A program made the position numbers and the translations under genes. Positions 32,886-40,272 of a stretch of DNA of 64,000 nucleotides are shown piece after piece; positions within the stretch are counted from its first letter, which is position 1, and every line of letters starts with the position of its first letter. Source of the DNA: an uncultured Candidatus Saccharibacteria bacterium (lineage in GTDB: Bacteria; Patescibacteriota; Minisyncoccia; Phycocordibacterales; UBA5272); assembly GCA_964457775.1 (NCBI GenBank), contig CAYWEW010000006.1, forward strand, positions 10,805 to 74,804, in the 5' to 3' direction. Under the pieces are notes generated by a model, which was not told the origin of the DNA, did not search any database, and saw nothing but the letters and a program-made list of their open reading frames with translations.

Positions 32886-32939
32886 GTGCTCCAACTGGTA
32901 AACAAGTTCAGAACTTTTGATTGGGCAAAAATAAAATAA
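32886..32939 (+). repeat. Cassette-boundary repeat (shorter tail)
   Basis: Frame VLQLVNKFRTFDWAKIK-stop; 37-bp core identical to the copies at 32283 and 33507. Confidence 0.92.
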
Positions 32940-33032
32940 CAACATTTAATTATAACCTTTACAAATTAATAAGTAGTGATAGTATAAAGAATAGTAGTTA
33001 TGTTTAATTTCATTTTTATTCGGAGATGAATA

Positions 33033-33221
33033 ATGTTTTACTTGTATAAAACTTTGTTTCGTAATGTGATTACATCTTTCCTACTTATTAATTTGCTTCT
33101 AATTGCAAATTGTAGTGGTGAGAGCGATGGACATGTTTGTGGTTGTGGTTGTGGACGATGGATACCAAAGGAACGTCCCAGTCAGTGTGATGAAAATGGG
33201 AATTATAATGGAAATTATTAA
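33033..33221 (+). CDS. Small Cys-rich secreted/lipoprotein-like peptide
   Basis: GGAG SD, hydrophobic stretch ending IANC, CGCGCG motif, own terminator at about 33231-33256. Confidence 0.55.
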   Translation: MFYLYKTLFRNVITSFLLINLLLIANCSGESDGHVCGCGCGRWIPKERPSQCDENGNYNGNY

Positions 33222-33419
33222 TTCATTCCAAAAAAACACCATTAGGGTGTTTTTTATTTTATCAGTTCGATGGGTGATCGTTCAGCTAGTTGGTATTTTA
33301 TTTCATAACTTCGTTATTCATAAAACACCCAACTTCTCGACTCCGAGGAAAACCAACAAAATTTTTTCTAAAAATATTTGAGCTCAATTTTTAGAAAGAA
33401 ATTGTGTAGACCGTTTTCC

Positions 33420-33470
33420 GTTCGATCCCTACGTAAAGAAGGTAATCCTTCTTTACTACCCACCGAGCCA
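33420..33470 (+). pseudogene. Inverted tRNA-Asn 3' fragment (T-loop to CCA) interrupted by a hairpin insertion
   Basis: gttcgatccctac[gtaaagaagg-taat-ccttctttac tac]ccaccgagcca matches the 3' end of the tRNA at 34025-34096. Confidence 0.75.
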
Positions 33471-33504
33471 AATGAAAAACACCCCGTAAGGGATGCTTTT
33501 CATT

Positions 33505-33573
33505 TGGCTCCAACTGGTAAACAAGTTCAGAACTTTTGATTGGAGGAAATATAAAGAGGTGTTGAGTATATAA
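33505..33573 (+). repeat. Cassette-boundary repeat, tRNA-proximal copy
   Basis: Frame WLQLVNKFRTFDWRKYKEVLSI-stop. Confidence 0.92.
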
Positions 33574-33627
33574 AAAGAAAGCCACCGAATGCGCGATGGC
33601 TTTCGGTGGTGTTTGTGAATTAACTGA

Positions 33628-33945
33628 TTACTTGTTTGCAGGGCATTCACTGAATTCGTAGTTGAACAGTATAGAAGTATCCAGACAGTACTCTTTTCGG
33701 GAGCCGTCTTTGTTTTCAACCTGCAGGACTGATTTGTCAAAAATATTTCGCTGAGTGGTAAGAATCTTTGAAACACTGGAATGCGAAACTTGAAGCTCGC
33801 GCAGGGCGCTATCGGTCTGAAACCAAAAGTTTCCCTGACATACTGTTTTTATTGCAAACACCCAACCAACAACGACAATGATGAAAATAATTACAAAGAC
33901 AGTCAAAAGTTCAATCAAAGTAAAACCGCGATTATGACTTTTCAT
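33628..33945 (-). CDS. Prepilin-type N-terminal cleavage/methylation domain protein (small pilin-like)
   Basis: NRG/FTLIELL type III signal, hydrophobic helix, C-terminal Cys pair; GAGGAG SD; promoter at 33988-34016. Confidence 0.85.
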   Translation of the reverse strand: MKSHNRGFTLIELLTVFVIIFIIVVVGWVFAIKTVCQGNFWFQTDSALRELQVSHSSVSKILTTQRNIFDKSVLQVENKDGSRKEYCLDTSILFNYEFSECPANK

Positions 33946-34024
33946 ATCTCACTCCTCAAAATAGTTAATGAACAATAGAACAAAAACACTCTACCATAAT
34001 AGAGTGTTTTTGTAAATAGCTGAG

Positions 34025-34096
34025 CTCGGTGGGTAGGGATCGAACCTACGACCAATTCGTTAACAGCGAACTGCTCTACCGCTGAGCTACCACCGA
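34025..34096 (-). tRNA. tRNA-Asn (GTT), CCA not encoded
   Basis: TCGGTGG TA GCTC AGCGGTA GAGC A GTTCG CT GTT AA CGAAT TGGTC GTAGG TTCGATC CCTAC CCACCGA G cloverleaf. Confidence 0.97.
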
Positions 34097-34285
34097 ATAT
34101 TTTATTATTTACACAATATTTTACTATAAAAGTATTCCACTCCTATTTCAAATGTATTCATAATAATACACAAAAAAGTGATTTTTTGCAAGAAGAATTT
34201 TTGTGTATAAGTTAAGCAAGATAAAATTATGAAAATAAAAATCCCTGCATTTTGCAGAGATTTTTAGTGATTATTCACACATTAA

Positions 34286-34975
34286 TTAATGTGTATGGTG
34301 CTCAAGTCTTCTAAACAGATGAGCAACGGCCATTACTGAAACAGGAATAGTAAGAATAAGCCCAACACCAAAGGCGAGAAATCCTAGAGTATTAAGAACA
34401 GCAACAATAACAAAAAATCCTAGTAGCTGCCAAAATGCACAACAAGTCAATCTGTATGCGTGTTTAATAATATCAACTATTTTCATATTCTCGTTTTCAA
34501 GTAGAACGTAAGGGTAAAACTTAAAGCGGATTGCAATATAAATAGCAGGTACGAACATTAGAGTTGTTGTAAGTAATACCATCAAAAGTTTTCCATTAAG
34601 TGCTGAAAAACCATTTAAGAACACTGAACCAATTGTTATTGACATTGCTGCAATAAATGGAATTATAAACACAGAAACTGCCGCTACATAAATAACAGTA
34701 AGAACTAAAAATTTAACAACTAGATTTGGTGAACGTAATCTGTTGAACATATCTTCAAATGAAAAGCTACCATCACGAACCATAATAAGTGACATTGATA
34801 GTAGTGATAACGCACATAGTAGTGCAGTTAATTGTTCCAAAAAGGGAACCAATCTAACCGCACTCATAATTACTGCATAAATCACAAACATACAAGCCAA
34901 AAACCACGCATGTTGTTTTGTTTTAGACCATGCGAAACTAAATATTTCTTCGAAATTAATTTGTTGTTTTGTCAT
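34286..34975 (-). CDS. Integral membrane protein (DUF975-like)
   Basis: FSFAW start, several TMs, GFLAFGVGLILTIPV near C-terminus. Confidence 0.75.
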   Translation of the reverse strand: MTKQQINFEEIFSFAWSKTKQHAWFLACMFVIYAVIMSAVRLVPFLEQLTALLCALSLLSMSLIMVRDGSFSFEDMFNRLRSPNLVVKFLVLTVIYVAAVSVFIIPFIAAMSITIGSVFLNGFSALNGKLLMVLLTTTLMFVPAIYIAIRFKFYPYVLLENENMKIVDIIKHAYRLTCCAFWQLLGFFVIVAVLNTLGFLAFGVGLILTIPVSVMAVAHLFRRLEHHTH

Positions 34976-35118
34976 ATGTTTAAAGTATAACAAAATATAA
35001 TTAAATTCAATGTAATATTTGTGTGGAAACTGTGCATAAACTTTACCTATACGAAGAGTATCTTTTTGTTATATACTATGTAGTGTAAATAACATTATTA
35101 GTATTTTCAAAAAACAAT

Positions 35119-35481
35119 ATGCATATAATAATTACTGGTGTACACATGGAAATGACAGATGCAATACGTGAGTATGCACTTGATAAAATGAGTTCACTCG
35201 ATAAGTTTGTTTCTAAGGATGACACAAGTTCAAAGCTCTCACTTGAACTTTCCAAGACTACTAACCACCATACACATGGCGCTTTCTTTCAGGCAGAAGC
35301 CCAGCTTCATATTAGTGGAAAGACTACAACATTGCGAACAACTCAAGACGATCTATATAAAGCAATTGATATTTTGAAAGACATGTTATCTCGTGAACTT
35401 GTTCAACATAAAGACAAAGAAAGATCAACATTTAGACGTGGGGCTCACAAGGTAAAAGCGTTGTTTAAGAAATTAATTTAA
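35119..35481 (+). CDS. hpf: Ribosome hibernation promoting factor (HPF/RaiA)
   Basis: MHIIITGVHMEMTDAIREYA...DLYKAID. Confidence 0.93.
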   Translation: MHIIITGVHMEMTDAIREYALDKMSSLDKFVSKDDTSSKLSLELSKTTNHHTHGAFFQAEAQLHISGKTTTLRTTQDDLYKAIDILKDMLSRELVQHKDKERSTFRRGAHKVKALFKKLI

Positions 35482-35485
35482 AAAT

Positions 35486-36202
35486 ATGGAGGAAGATGTA
35501 AAATTAACATATATAACTGTAACCATACTCATACTTATTTTGGGAGGGGTAGCATATTTTCTACAGAGAAATATTTCATTACCACAGGTTCAAGTTGATT
35601 CTAATTCGACAACTACCGAAATTGTAAAAAGATTAAGTAATAATACTTCGCAAACAAAACCACTAGTTGCCACATCTACATATAATTCTACTACTACAAA
35701 TATGCAAATTCCAGAAAAAATAAATAGTGCGGTTATTACAACAAATAAAGGAGTGATTGAAATTGAATTCACAAAAGATTCACCTGAAACTGTGAAGAAC
35801 TTTGCAAAACTTGCACTTAGTCATTTTTATGATGGGACAAGATTCCATAGAGTAATAAAAGACTTCATGATACAAGGAGGAGACCCACTTTCAAAGGATG
35901 TTGCTAATAAGAATAGTTGGGGTACTGGTGGACCAGGTTATTCATTTAAAGACGAAATACACGAAGGTGATACTTTTCCACAAGGAACACTCGCAATGGC
36001 AAATTCTGGCCCATCAACTAATGGTAGTCAGTTCTTTATAGTAACTGCTATTGCTGGGACACCTTGGCTTATCGGTAAACATACTGTGTTTGGTCATATT
36101 ACAAGTGGTCTAGATGTTGCACTTAGAATTAATAATCTACAAACTGATGGCAGGGACCAACCTACACAAGATGTGATTGTTGAGAAAATTGAAATTAAGT
36201 AA
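35486..36202 (+). CDS. Cyclophilin-type peptidyl-prolyl isomerase with N-terminal anchor
   Basis: FYDGTRFHRVIKDFMIQGGDP, AMANSGPSTNGSQFFI, KHTVFG. Confidence 0.96.
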   Translation: MEEDVKLTYITVTILILILGGVAYFLQRNISLPQVQVDSNSTTTEIVKRLSNNTSQTKPLVATSTYNSTTTNMQIPEKINSAVITTNKGVIEIEFTKDSPETVKNFAKLALSHFYDGTRFHRVIKDFMIQGGDPLSKDVANKNSWGTGGPGYSFKDEIHEGDTFPQGTLAMANSGPSTNGSQFFIVTAIAGTPWLIGKHTVFGHITSGLDVALRINNLQTDGRDQPTQDVIVEKIEIK

Positions 36203-36226
36203 ATAGTTTTAAAGTTTAAAAAAGAT

Positions 36227-36255
36227 AAAAGCGCGACAAATAGTCGCGCTTTTTT
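36227..36255. terminator. Bidirectional terminator
   Basis: aaaagcgcgac-aaata-gtcgcgcttttt between convergent genes. Confidence 0.8.
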
Positions 36256-36259
36256 GAAT

Positions 36260-36586
36260 TCATAATTTTCCAAGCATTCTATCGATAATCATTTCTCGTA
36301 TTATCCCAAACTGATCTTCTTCTGGTAAAGATTTGAATTTTTCATTTGCAAGTTCTCTTTTACTAATTTCAAATAAAAAACCATCCTGATTTACACCTAA
36401 AACATATGTCCATTCTTTTTTGAAGTCTTCAAAATCAAATATCTCTTTTCTTTCATTTGTCGCATGTATTACAATCGATCTTCTTGGTTTTGACACAACA
36501 AAAAAATTAAAGCTGTGTATGTTTTGGCCAATCAATTCTTGAATATCATGTGTATGCGGAAAACCATGAGAATACAACATCTCCAT
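36260..36586 (-). CDS. Hypothetical protein
   Basis: AAGGAG SD and TTGCTA-17-TAGAGT promoter upstream; exact start uncertain. Confidence 0.65.
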   Translation of the reverse strand: MEMLYSHGFPHTHDIQELIGQNIHSFNFFVVSKPRRSIVIHATNERKEIFDFEDFKKEWTYVLGVNQDGFLFEISKRELANEKFKSLPEEDQFGIIREMIIDRMLGKL

Positions 36587-36778
36587 TTCATTTCTCCTTT
36601 AGTGTAACGAACTTATCGAATTACTCTAACAAAATTAGTAATTATTAGCAATTTATTCATTGTATTTGTTGCTAGTAGCTACATGTTAAAAGCTAAAAGC
36701 TGTTTACCCTGTTAAATAAAATTTGAAGACACTACTCACTTCAAATTTTAATTTTAAAACTTAAAGTTTTTAAATTAT

Positions 36779-37666
36779 TTAACAGGGTAAATATCCTCTC
36801 TTAAAACTCTCCCAATTCATTTCTTTTTTTCCTTCTGGGATTACAGAAATAATCACATCTTGTGCAGTGTCAGTTTCTTCAATTGGTGTTGTAAGGTCTA
36901 CACTTGTAATTTTGACTCTAGTTTCTTTATCATTGTGATTGATGAAAAAGTATATTCCTGGCCAAGGGGTAAGTGATCTATATTTTCTCCTTACGGTTAT
37001 TGCATCAGTTTCTAAGGATATTTCACCTAAATCCTTTGTAATTTTTTTACAAATGGTTGCAACACCATGGTTTTGCTCTTTCGGCATTAGTGAACCATTT
37101 AAATATGATGGTAGAATTTGTACAAGAAGTTCCCCACCGATTTGGCCACATTCTACTTCTAACTCTCTCGCCGTTGCCTCTCCGTTAATATCAAATGCAT
37201 TTTGAACAAGTATTGGTCCATGGTCCATTTCATTGTCTAATTTTATTATAGTCACACCTGTGGTCATATAACCATCAAGCAAAACTGATTCAATAGGGGA
37301 CGGACCTCTATACATTGGTAGTAATGATGGGTGGACATTAAGCGCTCCGTGCTTAGGAATACTTAGAATATTTTCTGGAATTATTTTTCCATATGAGGCA
37401 ACAATGAACAATTCACAATTCATAGATTTTAGTTTGAGATTAAAATCCTCATCAGTTAATTTTTCTGGTTGTAATACTTTTATACCTTTCATCTCTGCCC
37501 ATGTCTTAATATGTGGTGCTGTTAATTGCATATGGCGACCTTGCATACTATCAGGTTTTGTAACTATCACTTTTGGAACATATCCAGCACGAACAAGGGA
37601 AGCAAGTACGCTTTCAGCTAGTGGTCCTGTTCCAAAAAATGCAAAATTAATTGATTTGTTATGCAT
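36779..37666 (-). CDS. fmt: Methionyl-tRNA formyltransferase
   Basis: FFGT, VASYGKII, LNVHPSLLPMYRGPSPI, MDHGPI; adjacent to def. Confidence 0.96.
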   Translation of the reverse strand: MHNKSINFAFFGTGPLAESVLASLVRAGYVPKVIVTKPDSMQGRHMQLTAPHIKTWAEMKGIKVLQPEKLTDEDFNLKLKSMNCELFIVASYGKIIPENILSIPKHGALNVHPSLLPMYRGPSPIESVLLDGYMTTGVTIIKLDNEMDHGPILVQNAFDINGEATARELEVECGQIGGELLVQILPSYLNGSLMPKEQNHGVATICKKITKDLGEISLETDAITVRRKYRSLTPWPGIYFFINHNDKETRVKITSVDLTTPIEETDTAQDVIISVIPEGKKEMNWESFKRGYLPC

Positions 37667-37673
37667 GTTAAAA

Positions 37674-38231
37674 TTATTTGTTTTGCTTATCTACTTTTCT
37701 TTTTAATTCTCCTGCTTTTATTTCATCTTCAGTGAACTCTTCAAAATCAAATCCATGATCGATAAATAAAACACCATCCAAATGATCTATTTCATGTTGG
37801 AATATATGCGCAATCAGTCCTGTGCCTCCATAACTAAACTTATTTCCTTCTACGTCATATGCTTCAACAGTTGCAGATAATGAGCGTGTTGTTTTGCCGT
37901 ATATCCATCTTACAGAAAGACATCCTTCCTGCATAGTTGCACTTTTTTTGGAAATCTTGGTTATACGAGGATTAATAAAAATCAGAGGTTTCCATTTTGC
38001 ATCTGGAGAATATGCCTCGGGCGAAATAACAAATATTCTAAGAGGTAGAGCAATTTGTGGAGCAGCCAGTGCTACACCGTCTGATTCTTTAGCTAAAGCT
38101 GACTGCATAGCTTCAATTATCTCCTTTAAACTTGACGAACCGAACTCATCCTTCTTCACAAGCCTAGCTTCTTGTCTTAAAGGATTCTTTTTATCGTCAT
38201 CTATTTGAATGATGGTGTTTTTTACTTTCAT
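37674..38231 (-). CDS. def: Peptide deformylase
   Basis: GVALAAPQI, EGCLS, QHEIDHLDG. Confidence 0.97.
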   Translation of the reverse strand: MKVKNTIIQIDDDKKNPLRQEARLVKKDEFGSSSLKEIIEAMQSALAKESDGVALAAPQIALPLRIFVISPEAYSPDAKWKPLIFINPRITKISKKSATMQEGCLSVRWIYGKTTRSLSATVEAYDVEGNKFSYGGTGLIAHIFQHEIDHLDGVLFIDHGFDFEEFTEDEIKAGELKRKVDKQNK

Positions 38232-38271
38232 AAGACTACTTTATCATATTTTTGTAAAGACATGAAATATT

Positions 38272-40137
38272 CTAGATAAAGAAATGTAATGGGTTAACTA
38301 TAGGATTTCCTCCTTGAACAATTTGCTTTACTCTATCTCTTACTTGTTGATTGTTTAACCACTCAGATTCTTTAATATGAATAAAAAGCAATGTAACACC
38401 GCGACCTTGTTCAAACCATTCAACTACATATGGTTCAAGCTCCTGTTCCATGCGTGTACGTAAATCATTTGGCAAATTATCAAATGAAGCTTTTATAACA
38501 GTATAGTATGGTGGAAGAAGGAAATGCTCACGTTCTTTTAATAAATGATCATAGACTTCTCTGAAGCTTGGAGATACTAATTGTTTCATTACTGGGGTGT
38601 TCTTTAAACGTGTCTGCAGTATTAATTTGTTTTCGTGTATTCCATTTATAGCTTTAATTTTTTCGGACATTTCTGTAATCAAATTTAAAACTTTCTCATC
38701 GGTTCTATATTCAGGTAGTGAAAAAAGTGAGTCAAGAGAAAGAATAATAATTGCATCACACTTTTGAATTACATTTTGAGCCATTTCTGTTCCAATCAAA
38801 ACTCCGTATGGAGCATCTAACCATTCTTTGTAAACTTTCTTAACCTTGTTCTTAGTATTCGTATGTTCTCCATCAATTATAAATGTAGGTATTTTTAGTC
38901 TATTTAATTCTTCCTGTACTCCGTCTGTTGAAATGCCCAATAATGCCATTCGCCAACCACCACAATGTCTACAAGCAAGAGTAGTGTCCTCGTCTAGGTG
39001 AACTACATGTTCACAGTTATGACAAATATACGTCCTTACTCCTCCTATTTTGTGCAAAACATATGGTCTATTGCAATTTGCACAAGTGTACAATGTCCCA
39101 CAATCTGAACAAATTGTTGTCGGGTACATACCTTTTCTGTGCGCGTAAAGAAAGTAATGGCCTCGTTCGTGGACTTTTGCTGAATGTAAAATCGATAATG
39201 CGGTGCGAGATAAATATGGGCTAGCACTTTTATTCTCATCAATCATTGGTATAACTAGTACTGATGAATCGTTTCTATACTGCAGCGGGACAATCTCGTG
39301 AGCGTTTTTTTGTTTATATAGCATGTGAGCACGAAGAGATAACATGTGTGATCCCAATATACATGGAATCTGACTTCCGTGAGCTAATGATTCTATAACA
39401 AATCTCATGTCATAACCATTATCGCCATGAGTATAATAATATTGACTATGTTCTCTTTCAATAATTATCAAACCCAAATCATCTCTAACCCAAGGTAATA
39501 ATGAAGGGGTGGACAGTATAAGTAGTGGGTGCTTGTTTTCTATTATTTCTTTGTGAGCGTCTTTGTATTGTTTTTCAGTTAATCCACTATGTAAAGATAT
39601 AACATAATCATCAATTCCACGAGCAAGTTCACCGCGAGCATATTCCAAGTCAGTAATAGTTGGAAAAAACATAACAAGTGATTTCTTTTTGGAAAAAACT
39701 TCTCTAATTGTTGTTTTGTATCTTGTGATACGAGTATCATAACTTTGTTCTAATAACAAAAGTTCGTATCCTTTACCGTCTAGTGGCTGTAAAATTGAGG
39801 TTAAGCTTTCAAAAGATTTTTCTGAAAGTAAGTCGTGCAAAATAGTTCCTATTGGACGAAGTAAACAAGATGAACTGTATGAAATAGCTTTCCATATTTT
39901 TTGATTCAAAAATTCTTTTGTAATAACCTTAGAAACTTTCTTTATATTAAACGAGGCATGTCTTAAGGATTGCCTTTCTTCTTCGGCATCTCTTGCTTCG
40001 AGTACTAGAGCTCTACAGACACGCCGTTTAATAGTAATTTCTACTAAGTCACCTGCGCTCACGTTGTCTTTAGAAAAATAGGAAAGTTCTTCGTAGGGAA
40101 TTCCGTGGGTTAATGGAGCGACAGTAAGTACACGCAT
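38272..40137 (-). CDS. priA: Primosomal protein N' (divergent; helicase motifs degenerate)
   Basis: Four CxxC pairs after RKG, LHSGL, LGLIIIEREH, LIGTE, LQT, LPPY; priA-def-fmt synteny. Confidence 0.85.
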   Translation of the reverse strand: MRVLTVAPLTHGIPYEELSYFSKDNVSAGDLVEITIKRRVCRALVLEARDAEEERQSLRHASFNIKKVSKVITKEFLNQKIWKAISYSSSCLLRPIGTILHDLLSEKSFESLTSILQPLDGKGYELLLLEQSYDTRITRYKTTIREVFSKKKSLVMFFPTITDLEYARGELARGIDDYVISLHSGLTEKQYKDAHKEIIENKHPLLILSTPSLLPWVRDDLGLIIIEREHSQYYYTHGDNGYDMRFVIESLAHGSQIPCILGSHMLSLRAHMLYKQKNAHEIVPLQYRNDSSVLVIPMIDENKSASPYLSRTALSILHSAKVHERGHYFLYAHRKGMYPTTICSDCGTLYTCANCNRPYVLHKIGGVRTYICHNCEHVVHLDEDTTLACRHCGGWRMALLGISTDGVQEELNRLKIPTFIIDGEHTNTKNKVKKVYKEWLDAPYGVLIGTEMAQNVIQKCDAIIILSLDSLFSLPEYRTDEKVLNLITEMSEKIKAINGIHENKLILQTRLKNTPVMKQLVSPSFREVYDHLLKEREHFLLPPYYTVIKASFDNLPNDLRTRMEQELEPYVVEWFEQGRGVTLLFIHIKESEWLNNQQVRDRVKQIVQGGNPIVNPLHFFI

Positions 40138-40272
40138 AATGTAGTTCAGTATACAGCAAACTAGGGTGTATTGTCAGTAGTTTTTATATGATAAAAGTCA
40201 TTGTTTTTATTGAGTTTTATAGAAAATTAATAGCTATAAAATGCGAAATATTTATGTTATAATGGGAAAATT

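Larger units (their letters stand above)
26753..34027 (-). mobile_element. tRNA-Asn-anchored array of gene cassettes (integron-like; no integrase in window)
   Basis: Repeating unit on + strand: GCTC repeat, terminator hairpin, minus-strand gene(s), SD, -10/-35; about 11 units; abuts the tRNA 3' end. Confidence 0.75.

Noticed and set aside
30698-33573. CRISPR array interpretation of the repeats
   Set aside because: Intervals are 300-750 bp, uneven and contain whole genes; repeats diverge; no cas genes in the window
31877-33776. ORF-track calls 31877-32188, 31915-32529, 33391-33585, 33456-33776 and the extended N-termini of 30823-31512 and 32076-32360
   Set aside because: They read through repeats, terminators and promoters; shared FLQSxVLNL or PPIKxSE strings are just antisense translations of the repeat
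26753-34027. Classical integron (attC) or prophage
   Set aside because: Repeats are not RYYYAAC...GTTRRRY palindromes, genes have their own promoters and terminators, and there are no intI, structural or replication genes
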